A program made the translations under genes and the position numbers. Below, in pieces: positions 39,986 to 53,512 of a stretch of 64,000 bases of DNA (within the stretch, counting starts at the first letter, position 1; every line of letters starts with the position of its first letter). Source of the stretch: Gracilinanus agilis. Taxonomy: Eukaryota. The notes under the pieces were generated by a model, which did not search any database, was not told the origin of the DNA, and was given only the letters and a program-made list of their open reading frames with translations. Location: NCBI RefSeq assembly GCF_016433145.1, contig NC_058130.1, positions 245,669,658 to 245,733,657 on the forward strand. Reading direction: 5' to 3'.

Positions 39986-40689
39986 TTCTTTATGTGGATG
40001 AATTAAATAATTCAATAAAATGAAAAAGAATGATGTGATGTGATGGATTGGATTCAACTGTTGCTTATGAGAAAGAGATGCAAAAAACAATGACATATAC
40101 AAAATAAAACAAAGAGGATGGAGGGAAATTACTATGCATTAAGTGAAGACAAAAGAAAAATTGCCATCATGCTATTAGATAAAACTAAACAAACATTCAA
40201 AAATAAATAAGGATAAACAAGGAAACTCTGGAAAAATGTAAGAATGCTTGATGCATCTTTCACAGACCATAATGAAATAAGAATAGAAATTGGTTCGGGG
40301 ACCATAAAAAAGATATAAAGTCACACAGAGACTTAAAAATGCAATCTTAAATAATGAATGTCAAAGAACAAATCATAGAAACAATAAACAATTCTGTAAA
40401 AGAAAAGTATAATGATGAAACAACATGTATGTGTGATGTCTTCTGTCATGGCATGGGAAATATGGAAATATATGCATTGCATAAAAGCACTAGTATAATC
40501 TATAATAGACTATTAGGGGAGGAAAGGGGGGGAAGGAGAGAATATGAATTAGAAATTTGTCAGGTAACAATTGTCAAAATTTGTTTCTACATTTAATTGA
40601 AAAAAACAAATAGATAATAGATTCTGATAGAAAATAAAGGGAAGGAAGGAAGAAAGGAAGGAAAGGAAGGAAGAAAGAAAACAACAACA

Positions 40690-43170
40690 ACATCAAAAGA
40701 ACCTGACCATAAAAACTTACTATATTGCTTCACCAACAAGGTACATCAAAATACAAACCCAGAAGAAAACAACAATGTCAAAACAACTACAAGCAAAGCT
40801 TCAATTAAAAAAAAACCTGTAAACTGGACACAAGTCCAGCAAGAATTTCGGCGGGGGGGGGAAGCTTAAAAAGAATGATCAAATGAGAGTAGAAGGCGGG
40901 AAATTGGCAAAAAGAAAGGAAAGTAATATAGGCATTTAGCTGCTGGCTTGAACTTGAGGAATGCCTCACTGCAGACTTACAGCAGTTGTGGCGGGGGGAC
41001 TTCATTGCTGGCTTGCGCAGTTAGGGATCTTACTGCTTGCTTGCGCAGTGGGGGGGAGAACCTTATCATCTTCTTAAAATATTATGTCTAGGCTCTTTTT
41101 GTCATTGTGGCTTACAAGTGATCCAATAGTTTTTAAATATTGCTCTTCAATCTGTTTACAAGGTCAGTTGTTTTTCTGATGAGATTTTTCACAGTTTCTT
41201 TCATTTTTTAATTTCTGATTTTCTTTTATTATTTCTTAATTTCTCATGCAGTGGAGCCCCCTACCAGTTCAAACCAGCAGCTAGATCCTAAGGCTCCTAC
41301 AAGCTAGATGCTATGTGAAGGAAGTTATTTAGGGAACCTTGAACACAAGGACAGAGTCAAGTCTCTGATGTCCCCTGGGGTCAGCAGGAGAGTTAGCAAT
41401 TAGGATGGGTGACAATCCGGCAGAGCAAATGTCCCTTAGATGGCCGTAGTAAAAGAGGAAGGGCCAGGAGAATGTCATCACACTCACATGATGCATGAAA
41501 GCTAGCTAGGAAAAGTTTTTAAACCCAAGCGAGAGCCCACTGCACTCTCTAGATTTCTATAATAGATATGACAGCTTCACTGCTATTGCGGTAGGTATAG
41601 GGCCTTAAAATTCATTGAAAAGTTACATAATAAACTAAAAAAAATGAGCAACACATAGAGCCTAATGAAAGAAAGTTATTATGGTGACAGGGAGGATCAT
41701 GGTACAAACCTAAAAAAAAAAGAAAAAGAAAAGAACAGTGTCAAAACTTCTATAAGAGAATGCTCAAAGTAAAAATTTGAACTGGAGTCAGACCCAAAAA
41801 GAGCTTCTGGAAAAGATTTAAAAAAATGGCGGGGGTGTGATGTAGATGGGAGGAGGGAGACACCAAACTTTGGAAATCAAAAGATATTTAAAAGAAGACT
41901 TTGGGAAAGAAATGAGAGTAATGGGGGGGAGGGGAATCATGAAATAAGAGTCAACAGCTTGGTAAAGGAAGTACAAAACAAATGGGAAAAGATACAAAAA
42001 TTCACCAAAGAAAATAATTCCTTAAAAAAGAAGAACTGGTTAAACAGAAAAGGGGGTACAGAATCTCACTGAAGAAAATAATATTTTAAAAACTAGAATT
42101 AGGCAAATGGAAGTTAATGAATCCAGGAGACATCAACAAAGAAAATCAAAAGAAGACTTTATCAGCGAAAATACCTTCTGAAAGAAGGCTTTATAATTCT
42201 TCTTAATATCAAAGCTATAAAAAAGGGGTGTTTAGGAGGAAGGGAATGTAGTTAAGAACAAGTTGGAGAAGGATGGAAGTCCCCTTTTCCCTCACTGCCA
42301 CCCCTATTACTGGGAGACAAAAATGATATCCCCTTTGGGAAAAGGGGAATCCTGGAAAGATGTGCTACCATAGAGCAGTTGAAGGAATGATATCCCCTCA
42401 AGGAGAAGTGAGTGATACCCTTATAGGATGATGGTGTGAGTTGGGGAACACAGAAACCCCTCCTTGCTCATAGCAGGAGGTCAGGCTCAAAATAGAATTC
42501 AACCTGCCTGTGCTGCTGCACCCACCCCCAATCAAGTCTCCCTCTAATAGAACCAACTCCGATCTGATCTTGAAGTCTTGGGTGTTAAATCAGGAACAAC
42601 AAGGCAATGGGAATGAAAGCAGAGTATCAAGGGGGTGCAGGTATCCCTAAGCCAAGGTCCATCACTCTGCGAAGTACCCACCAAGCCTCAGACCCGAAGG
42701 TGAGACAAGGTGTCCATCAACCAGAGCTTCTCCTTCCCAACCCCACTAAAAATGTTCCAATAAGCTATAGTTGCTATAAGCCTAGGTGAGATATTGCTGG
42801 GCAAAGCCCAAGGCAAGTGGGGTCCAGGGAACGGCTCCTCACAGGAAATCCAATAACCCTAAATTCAGCTAATCTCTGTTGATGATATGAGTGAAATGCC
42901 GGAAAGACAAGATGTCACAGGTGCAGGTCTCCTATACAAGTCAGGAAAAACCAAATGGCCACTTCAGGGGATCTCAGAGCCAGATTTCACAACCTTACTC
43001 TCCGCCTCCAACCCCCAAAAGCTGCTGGTCAAGTTTTCCTCTCCCAGAAGTCTCTGCTCTTCCAATGATCACTTGGGTTCTTCTTCCTCCAACATTCTGT
43101 GGCAGTTTTTCCAAATATGTCAGGGCTTACCTCATTCTTACAAAGTCTTCTCTCTGACAAAAAGAGATAC
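40690..43170. mobile_element. Mosaic of L1 ORF1 pieces (+ 40690-40810, - 41070-41245, + 41660-42180) and LTR-like segments (~40818-41068, ~41248-41660, ~42190-43170)
   Basis: ORF1 text recognisable on both strands. Intervening GC-richer segments have an LTR-like character. Confidence 0.5.
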
Positions 43171-43689
43171 ACACATGTGTGTGCACATACATATATGTAT
43201 ATGTATGTATGTATGTAGAGATCTATATCTATCTCTGGCCAGAAGGCACTCACAGTCTCATGGGAGGACATCATGCAAAAATCGTAAGAAAAATCATATG
43301 TGTATATATGAAGTTGTGTATATATGATCTATTTAAATTATATATACATCTAACCGTATTATTATTATTCTATTACCTATAACTACATAACAATTATACT
43401 TAATTTATCTTAATATTTTACATTATAATTTTATATAAATATAAGAAATACAATTATTGGTATATCATTAAAAAATTAGAGGTAATTTAAAGATACAGAT
43501 CTATATGTCTGTGGGTATATATATGTATATATATGTATATATATATTATTTTTCACTATTTGCATGTTGTTTACCCCATCAGATTATGAGTTCCTTGAGA
43601 GCAGAAACTGTTTTTGCCTTTCTTTGTATCTCCAATGCTTAGTATAGAGACTTAACATATAGTAGGTGCTTAATAAATGCATATTGACT

Positions 43690-44760
43690 TGACTGAATAG
43701 AGATTTTTAGGAAAAGTACTTTATAGAAATCCCACTATTTGGCAAAAATTGTTGGGAAAACTGGAAAGCAGTTTGGCAGAAAGTATATACAGACCAATAT
43801 CTTCTATCACTAACTAAGAGCAGATCAAAATGGATATTATACCTAGGTATAATAGGAGATGTTATAAGCAAATTAGAAGAATAGGCAACATATAACCTCT
43901 CAGATTTATGGATAGGATGAAAATTTGTGAATAACAAAAGATAGAAAGCATTGTGAAATATAAAATGAATGATTTTAAAAACATTAAATTGAAAAGGTTC
44001 ATGTAAATAAAATTAACATAGCCAAGATTAGAAGGAAAGCAATAAGCTGGGGAAATATATTGGTAAACAATTTCTCAAATGGAGGCCTCATATCTAAAAT
44101 ATATAGAGAACTTTGTTAAATACATAAAAATATGAGTCATTCCCCAATTAATAAATGAATGGTCAAGAGATATAACTAGACAGGTTTTGAATAAAGAAAT
44201 CAAAGCTACATGTATGCATATATACACAAATGAAAAAATGCTCTAAATCATTACTGATTAGAGAAATGAAAATCAAACAACTCTGAGTTATCATCTCTCA
44301 CTTATCAGAAGATTGACTGAAATTATAAAAGGGCAAAGTGACAAATGTTGTAAGGGATGTGGAAAAATGGGGACACTAATATATTGTTGGTGAAACTGAA
44401 CTGACCCAACCATTCTGGAAAACAATCTGAAATTATACTCAGAGTTATAAAACTGTGTATTTTTCACCCAGAAATATCACTATTAGGTTTATTTCACAAG
44501 GTGATCAAGGAAAAAGGAAAAAATCAATATGTTCTAAAATATTTATACTAGCTCTTTTGGCAGTGGCAAAATTCTGGAAATTGAGGGGATGTCCTTCAAT
44601 TGAGGAATGGCTGAACAAGTTGTGGTGTATAATTGTAATGAAATTATACTGTGCCATAAGAAATGGCAAAACAAGATGATCCCCCCAAAACCTAGAAAGA
44701 CTTATATGAAGTGATGCAAAGTAAAATGAGCAGAACCAGAAGAAAGTTGTACATCTTAAC
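43690..44760 (+). mobile_element. L1 ORF2 3' fragment
   Basis: 'ctatttggcaaaaattgttgggaaaactggaaagcagtttggcag' and 'gatgtccttcaattgaggaatggctgaacaagttgtgg' (CPSIEEWLNKLW). Confidence 0.85.
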
Positions 44761-45289
44761 ACACCTTTATTTGTATCCTTAGCTTGCAAAATAGTGTCTG
44801 GCACATAATAGGGGCTTAATAAATGCTTGTTGACTTGACCAAAAAAAAAAAAAAAAAGATGGTCCATTGGTTGAACATCAGTGATAACAGTATGTGTACT
44901 GTTCCATGAAATGTGAAAATAATCAAAGAAAAGTATTCAGCACATTTGGGAGATCCCCTCTTAATTTTTAATAGAAAGCCATGAACAAGAATCTTCCAGG
45001 TTGAGAGGGCTTGGATGGTTTGCTCTCAATGGAGGAACTACTCAAAGAGATATGAGAAGTCCTGAAGTATAATGACCAAAGTGGGTTACCAGCTTTCCAC
45101 CAGCTCAAATCAATAGTTCTTAACTGCTCTCTACCTTCCTCTCTGTCAAAAAAAAAAAAAAAAAAAAAGCACTGAAGGGGATGAAAGAAAAGAAAGCCGA
45201 GAGGAGACAGCAGGCTTACAGAATTTCTGAGTTGAAAGTGCTCTCAAGGGCCATCTAGTTCATTTTATCTTTGAATAGGTTTCTTTTAC

Positions 45290-45945
45290 ATTTTTTTAAA
45301 CTTTTACCTTCTGTCTTAGAATCAATACTGTATATTGGTTCCAAGGCAGAAGAATAGTAAGGGCTAGGCAATTAAGGTTAAATGACTAGCCCAGGATCAC
45401 ACAGCTAAGATGCTTCTAAGGTCAGATTTGAACTCAGGACCTCTCATCTCTAGGTCTGGCTCTTAATCCACAGAGCCACCTAACTGCATCCCTTTTACAA
45501 CATTTTTGACAAGTCCTCCAGCCTTTATTTAAAATCACTCCAGAGGAATGATTATCTCTATTGACAGAGCCCAGGGCACTTCTGGAAAACTAAATGTAGT
45601 TTAAATATAGAAGTTTTCTTTTTATAGGTCATAAATCTATTCCTATCTATCTGCCATTTCTCCTAGTTTTTCCCTATGAGGGAAAAAAAAGGTTAGAAGT
45701 GAAGAGGAAAAGAAATACTGTTCTTTCTAGTAGCTTGGATATTTGAAAGCTGAGGTTTGGGGGTTGTTTTTATCCTTAACTTCTGTGTATTAGCTCCTTG
45801 GTGGAAGAGTGGTAAGGGTGGGCAATGGGGGTCAAGTGACTTGCCCAGGGTCACACAGCTGGGAAGTGTCTGAGGCCAGAATTGAACCCAGGACCTCCCA
45901 TCTTTGGGCCTGGCTCTCAATCCACTGAACCATCTAGATGTCCCC
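45290..45945 (-). mobile_element. Two SINE1_Mdo-like SINEs (~45290-45485 and ~45745-45945)
   Basis: Reverse complements of the SINE1 body seen at 5225 and 22459. Confidence 0.88.
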
Positions 45946-46084
45946 TGAAAGTTAGTTTCTAAAGAGGTAGAAGTTTTTTTCTGTTTTTCACTTGCACCTA
46001 AACCTTCTACAACTTCATTGTTTTCATCTCTTTTTGTCTCCTTTGGTGAAAAATATCTTTTTGAGAAGTTTGACCTTGATTTCA

Positions 46085-46400
46085 CAGATAGGGGAGCCAG
46101 AAAGACAGTGACAGAGGAAGAGAGAGGGGAGGAGAGAAGAAAAAGAAAGAGGAGGAGGAGGAGGAGCAGGAGTAGAAAGGAGAGAGAGAGAGAGAAAGAT
46201 AGACAGACAGACAGAGGACAAAATCATGGAGAGAGAGGGGCATAAAGACAGAGATAGAGCAAGAGAGACAGAGTAGGGAAGAAGTAAGGAGAGGGATGAA
46301 GAAAAAAGGAAAAGAGGGGGGAGAAGAATAAGAAAGGAAAGGAGGAATGAAAAGGGGAGAGCAACAGAAAAGAAACAGAGAAAGAGAGATCTATGATCCA
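46085..46400. repeat. Polypurine low-complexity tract with (GGA)n, (GA)n and (GACA)n
   Basis: About 300 nt almost entirely A/G on the + strand. Confidence 0.9.
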
Positions 46401-46522
46401 AAAATGGTAACTCCCAAAAAAACAGTCAGGAAATCAGAGGAGTTCCAACCTCTTTACATGTTAATGTAAAAGTTAATGAGATAGTAATATGAGGTGAGCA
46501 GCCAAGTTGAAAACAGCCAGGT

Positions 46523-47137
46523 CTTGTACGAAAATATTTATAGCTGCGCTTTTTGTGGTGGCAACAAACTGGAAAAGGAGGGTATGTCCTTCAATTGGGG
46601 AATGGCTGAACAAACTGTGGTATATGCGGGTGATGGAATACTATTGTGCTAAAAGGAATAACAAACTGGAGAAGTTCCAGGCGAACTGGAGAGACCTCCG
46701 GGAACTGATGCAGAGCGAAAGGAGCAGAGCCAGAAGAACATTGTACACAGAGACTGATATACTGTGGTAAAATTGAATGTAATGGACCTCTGTACCAGCA
46801 ACAATGCAATGACCCAGGACAATTCTGAGGGATTTATGGTAAAGATGCTACCCACATTCAGAGGAAGGACTGCAGGAGAGGAAACATATAAGAAAAGCAA
46901 CTGCTTGAACGTATGGGTCGGGGTGGACATGATTGGGGATGTGGACTCGAAACTACCACACCAATGCAACCACCAACAATTTGGAAATAGGTCTTGATCA
47001 AGGACACATGACAAAACCAGTGGAAATGTGCGTCGGCCATGGGTGGGGGGAGTGCGGGGGGTGAAGGGGAAAGTAGGAGCATGAATCATGTAACCATGTT
47101 AAAAATGAATATTAATAAATGTTTAAAAAAAAAAAAA
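46523..47137 (+). mobile_element. Young 5'-truncated L1 (ORF2 C-terminus, 3' UTR, polyA)
   Basis: Open frame CTKIFIAALFVVATNWK...CPSIGEWLNKLW...TLYTETDILW*, G-rich 3' tract, AATAAA and polyA. Perfect 14-bp TSD gaaaacagccaggt at 46509-46522 and 47138-47151. Many intact CpGs. Confidence 0.95.
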
Positions 47138-48366
47138 GAAAACAGCCAGGTGCCCTTCCTTGTATGAGGAAGACAAAAACAGAGTCTGTAAAAAGTCAGC
47201 CTTACATGGATATTATAGGTGCATCCACTTTTAGTCTTAAGGCCTCCCTCTTTGTGCCCAGGCAGGACACACCCAAACTTCCCACTGCAGAGGCTGGACT
47301 AAATTCATATCAATATATAGTTTATTGCCATGGAGATGAGTAAAGAGCCTTTTTAAGACAATAACTAACCCTAATACCTAATTGCCTAACAGAAGAAAAA
47401 TAAATACTCAAATAAACTTGTATATACAACTATTTCACAGTAGTTTAAAATGGAAAACACCAGAATATCAGTGTAATTGGTTCTTCTAAGAACTGTTACA
47501 TGTAGATACATTTTCCATTAACAGAATTTAGCTACTCTAAATGAGAGAGAAACATTTTACTTTGTTATTCCTTCTCTCTTAACCCTGGCCCTTTATAGTA
47601 CTCCCTCCCATGTGCAGCAAGGACAACTGAGAGAGGAATGAAAACACACTGGAGCAGGAACTAGCACATTGGGTAGTAGTTCAGTATCATTGAAGGCATT
47701 GGTGTTCATTTGATAGAGAGCTGGGCGTGGAGTCAGAAAGAGCTGGGTTCAGATCTCATCTTAGACCATCACTAGCTGTGTGACCCTGAGAAGGTCACCT
47801 AATCCTTCTAAATTAAAATGAGCATCATAGGAGCACCTACCTCACAGGATAGGTGATTGAGTATATGAGGAATGAAAGAGTGTGTAAAGTACTTTGCGAA
47901 GCTTAAAGTGATATCTAAATCTCAGTTACTAGTATGGAAATTAGCTTTCTTTTTTTCCTTTTTTTGTTTTAATCCAGTATGTCAGGGTCTTGGAAACTAA
48001 ATGAATAAAAGAGGGATTTCTCCCTCCAAGATCATATCTCATACAAGCATGGTCAGAAGAATGTATGTGTGTGGATATATGTAGCAGCAGGGCTATTTGC
48101 TAAAATACTGCAGTGACTGGGGTGTTTAACACCTTATCCTACTCATTTTTATGGACCTAATAAAAAATGAAATTGTGTAGCATCCTCCCTCTATTCTTGG
48201 CAAGGTGGTGTGGGAACTATGAGTGGTGTAAAGCATTGCATATACTACCAAATTCAGTTGATCTCATGGCTCATACCACAGAAGTTATTTTTTCCCTTGT
48301 ATTTTCTTTAATCTTTGTTACAAGGGATAGCTTACTGTATAGGAGGTAAGGAAAAATACATTACAA

Positions 48367-48570
48367 GGGGGCAGCTAGGTGGCTCAGTGGGTTAATAGCC
48401 AGTCCTAGGGACAGGCGGTCTTGGGTTCAAATGTGACTTCAGACACTTCCTGGTTGTATGACCCTGGGCAAATCACTTAACCCCCATTGCCTAGCCCTTG
48501 CCACTCTTATGCCTTGGAACCAATAGACAATACTGATTCTAAGAGAGAATGTAAAGGTTTTTTTAAAAAG
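48367..48570 (+). mobile_element. SINE1_Mdo-like SINE
   Basis: 'gggggcagctaggtggctcagtgg...ggttcaaat...ccttggaaccaatagaca'. Confidence 0.9.
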
Positions 48571-51500
48571 AACTATATTAAGAAATTAGGGTGATATAAT
48601 AACAAAATATATCATTTTTTCTCAAAAAAATTAAACTATATGGCACCCCCTTTCCTTCTGGCAATATCAGTTTATATTGATGGAGACAACAGGCTCATGA
48701 TTAAAGTTTGGCTTACAACCTTCACAATGTATAAAACTGAAGCAAAGAATTTCAACCTGAGAAAGTGAACTTTTAACTTTTTAACCAAGGCTTGCACCAG
48801 TTGCAACTAATTGCTTATTATTAGGTTATGCTTAATGGATTGTCCATGTTTAGACGATACAGATTTTTATGGGAGACAGGTTTTGGAATGAGTCCGCCAT
48901 TTCACTTGCCAGTACTTGTTAAGAGTTTTATAGTATGACTCATTTATATTTCTGTATGTATTTAGTACTACTACTATTTAACTCTATTGGCCTAGCTAGG
49001 AGATTCCTTAGTCATGCTTGTCTAAAAATCCATTCCCATTTACTCTATGGCCTATCTTTTGACTTGCTACAAAGATGATTATATTGTTTGGTAGACTAGG
49101 AATGATTCTGTCCCCTGGAGCCAGCAACATGAATAATGCAGGGTCAAATAATTCAAAGTGAAGATCTCTCAGGCAGAAGGGGGAAGAAAGAGAGGAAGAC
49201 AGGTTGAAGAGACTTAAATCTAGTCAGCTTTTTTTTTAATACAACATAAAATTTGTTTAAACTGTTTCCTTAGTTTGTATTCTTGAATCTCTGGTGGTAC
49301 CCCTTGGAAAAACAATTAACAAATAAGTTAGATCAACTCCTGAAACAGTTTAATATAATGATACAAATTTTCAGACTTGCCTGAGAGTAGTAACTAAAAA
49401 CTAAAAGAAAGTGTATAAAAAGAGATACATATAACATAAAGGTCATCCTATGCACTACTATTAAGGCTTTATGAGTCACCACGAATCTAACTCTCCATTT
49501 TGCACAGCACAGTAATTTTCATACCACAGTTTTAGATGACTACCGAGTCCATGAATCCCACATTTCATAACTTTAGCATTTCTGATTGTTCCCATTTAAA
49601 AAAAATTAGCCCAACTCCTAACAAAATCATTACAAAAAAGTGATCTAGAAAGTCTTATTGCTACCTTTTTTCACTTTATTTGGATCTTTTATTAGCTATA
49701 AGGCCCATCTGTGGATTTAGATATGAAGACTTCCACTTTTAAGATATGAAGTTGATATTCTTTCTCACAAATCATGGCAGATAATTACTAAGGCTGACAT
49801 GGGAGAGAATCATATAAGAATACCATTCCATACTATTGTGCTCTCAGGAATGAGGAACAGGATGATTTCAGAAAAAACTGGAAAGTCTTATGTGAACTGA
49901 TGCAGAATGAAATAACCAGAACAAGGACAACATTATATATAGTAAATGCAATATTCTGGAACAATCAAATGTGATAGACTTTGCTACTACAATGATCTTG
50001 GACAATTCTGAGGGAATTATGAATTATCTACTTCCAGAGAAACAATTGTTTGAGTAGGAATGCTGATGAAAACATATGATTTATCACTTGTTTCTCTGTA
50101 TATGTTTGGGGATCTTGGTTTTATAAGATTATTCACTTACAAAAATGAATAATAAGGAAATATTTTAAAGTAAGTTATAATAATTATCATTTTTAAAAGA
50201 ATGGGATGGGGTACAGGGGGTGTTGTTGTATGGGGTAGGTTTTTTAACTAAAACTAAGCTTTCCAGATGAACAACTTTGATTTCTCTTATAGCTATATTA
50301 CATAAAGGTTCAATTCAATTTAACAACCATTTACTTATCATGCCTATACTACAAGGCACTATGCTAGGTCTTAGAGATATAAAATAAAAAGAAAACTGAG
50401 TCACTATACTCAAAGAGTTTAGGTTTTATGAGGAAGAGGTTATTGTGTTTGATATCTTGGAGAGCTAAGAGTCCTTTTAGAGAAATATGAGCCAAATTCT
50501 CACATTCTTAAAGGTAAAGAGATTTTGTGAGATGCCCTTGAGGTCAACAAAAGTTCATATTATCAAGGGACTGGGTCTAATTGGCATACACGAAACAGTC
50601 GCATTTTCACTCATGTTCAGTTCAATGCATTTTAGTAATTTCAGAAACAGTTTATGATTTTTGTGGGATTGACTCTTGTTATTAACTCATTAGATAAATT
50701 TATTTCAGTGACTATCCGTGATGTGGATATTCTTGCTAAACCAGATCTCACATTTTATGAGATTGTGATTGTAGCTGATTAGGAAGCCTGCATAGTTAGA
50801 AATGATATCTCTCGGTGGTTAACTTTAAAAAAGGAAGTAATTGTTTAGTGCTGTATCCAAGCATGGGTGTTCACAGAAATATCAATCAACAGACATTTCT
50901 AAGCCAAAAGAATAAGCAAATTAAAAATACAACTCATTCAATGAGATTATTTAAATTAAGAAGTGTTCTGTCAGAGCTATTAAGTTCCATTTCTACATTT
51001 TATGAGAATTAATATTAGTAATGCAACTTTTAAGTGGCTTACAAGAAGTTTCTCTTTGGTGAAACATTACAGTAATTGTCTTGTTCTGGATTTTACTGTA
51101 TGTTTTCATCTACTTTCTAGGAAATGTGTTTTTCAATCATAACAATGTTGTTTGCCAATTGTGGTTTAAAAAGTATTTTCTTGTGTCAAATTATTTTGTT
51201 TAATCTATACTTTCTAGGAAAGGTAAACTGAGTTTAATATACCCTTTTTTATTTCTTCATCTCCTATTTATATCAGTTGAAGTAATGAAAAACATAGCTT
51301 TAGCCAATGGCCATATTATACAACTGCCTGAAGGCCCAAGAATTATTTGGCTTTTTATAGCTTTTCCTTTCTAAGATTATTCTACTATTATACTTAAAAT
51401 CTAAGTACCATGTTAACATATTCAGATATGGTTCTTACTTCTTAAGAGACAGTCCATGTAACTGAATATGTGGGAATATGTGAATAATTGGGAGATTGTT

Positions 51501-52817
51501 CATTTCTTTTAATAACTCTAGTCTTTTCCTTTAAACAAAGGTCCATATTTATAACATCAGTCCTCTAATGTCAGTCAGATGGCTGTAAAGTTTGGAAGCA
51601 TAGGATATAGAGAACTTAACTTTCAGATCACCAAAGAAGTAACAGCCAGATGTATGGTAGATAAAGGAAAACTACAATATGTTATCCTCTAAGAATTGTA
51701 CATGTGAAGGGCTTTAAAAGCTATTATCATAGAAACATACAGTTGTAAACAGTCATATAATGAGAGGGATAGAAGACCCTTTGACAGATCATGACAGCTC
51801 GTGAACTCCACTGGAATTCAACACAAGGTCAGGAAGATTTCCAATACATGGGATGAACCCCATGAATATGATATATGGGAGAATATGAACAAGAGGCACA
51901 CAGGATGGCATATCACGTTGAGTTATAATAATAACAATAACAAAGGCTAACATTTATGTAGCACTTTCTAAGCGCCAGGCATTGTACTAAGCGCTTTAAA
52001 ATTCTTGTCTCATTTGATCTTCACAACAACACTAGGAAGTCAGTGGTATTATTATCCCCATTTTATAGATAAATAAAGTAATTCAAAGAAAGGTGAAGTG
52101 AATTGCCCAGGATTACACAGCTGGATTTGAACTCAGATCTTCCTGCTCTATACACTGTGCCAACTATTGATTCTATAACTTAATAATCTAAAAAAAGTTT
52201 AAGGGGAATATCCATATCAATAAGATCCTACAGCAATCAAAGTAGCAAAGTATATCTTGAGAGCTGAAATGTTAGATGTAAGTCACATATCAGTACACAA
52301 GTGCAATAGGAGGATGGGGACAATAGAGGAAAACTGAGACATATACAAATATTTGAAAATTTTGGTTGGTCTAATGCATAAACTAGAAATAATATTGTTA
52401 GTGTAGGACCTTGGCTATGAAAAATAAAACCAATCAACCATTTCCAATATTTTTATTATGCTGAGTACCCATGAAGGCAATCCGAGAGTGGGCATGCTTG
52501 TGTACATGCTCACACATGTATGTAGAGATAAGTGCACCTATTTATAATAAACAGCTGCTCAAATTGAAGTTTACTTTGAAGACTGAATTGGAAATTTAGT
52601 GATTGGGGATATGCTATAACAAAAGAATACATAGGATCTTCTAGTTATAAGGAGCTTTTGAAATATATTTAGAAGATACATGCTTGATAATAAAAAAATC
52701 ATTCATGTTTTATGTTCTTATATTAGTATAATTGTAGAAATCAGGCCTTCAAGGGTAAACAAATATCAGACTTCATATCAGATCAATCAACAAGTATTTA
52801 TTAAGCATTCACTATGA

Positions 52818-53160
52818 AGCAGCTATAGGGCACAGTGGATAGAGCTCCAGGACCTAAAGTCAGGAAGTCCTGAGTTCAAATTTAACCTCAGACCCTAGTT
52901 ATATGACCTTGGGCAAATCACTTAACCCTGTTTGCCTTAGTTTCTCATCTATTCAACTCTTCTTTGTCCTATTTGGAGTTTTCTTGGCAAGGATACTAGA
53001 GTAGTTTACCATTTTCTTCTCCAGTTCATTTTACAGATGAGGAAACAGAGGCAGAGTTAAGTAACTTGCTAAGGGTCACACAACTAGTAAATGTTTGAAG
53101 TTATATTTGAACTCAGGTCTTTCTGAGTTTAGGCCTACCACTCTATCTAGTATGTTATCT
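52818..53160. mobile_element. Inverted pair of core SINEs (+ ~52818-52950, - ~52960-53160)
   Basis: The core domain appears on + and then on - about 80 nt apart. Confidence 0.75.
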
Positions 53161-53512
53161 GGATGCCCATTCCAGCTCTATGCATTCCAGTAATTTATTT
53201 TGTAAAAAATAATAATAATTCATACTGTTCCTTCCCATTTTCTTTGTATATCTATTTCCTACCATCACCACTATTTTCTTTCCCTCATTCCTCTCCTACC
53301 TCTGGGATACCTCTTTTTTTACATATCACAGTCAACCAGTACCCTCTTCCTATGTTATGGATATTCAAAGCCCTTCAGTTAATCCATCCACTCTGTTCTT
53401 TCCTCCTCTCTTCAGTGCTCTATTCTCTACAATTAACTTAATCCTGTACACATAGAATCTATCAAGATTCTCTTTCCCTTGGTCATCTAAGTATTAAAAA
53501 AAAACAAGTTGA

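Larger units (their letters stand above)
35500..40600 (+). mobile_element. Old L1: 5' region, ORF1, long spacer, endonuclease domain, then a 3' end piece; hosts an LTR and a SINE
   Basis: ORF1 peptide DNLRIMGLPEEH...IMKEIIEENCPKLL. Endonuclease start 'ataactttaaatgtgaatg' at ~39780 and 'agaccataatgaaataagaatagaaatt'. 3' UTR-like text at 40440-40600. Confidence 0.75.

Noticed and set aside
42887-43327. 146-aa + strand ORF
   Set aside because: Lies in LTR-like and microsatellite sequence, with no recognisable domain or splice structure.
46649-47089. 146-aa minus-strand ORF
   Set aside because: Antisense to a young L1 3' end. It is open only because the element is recent.
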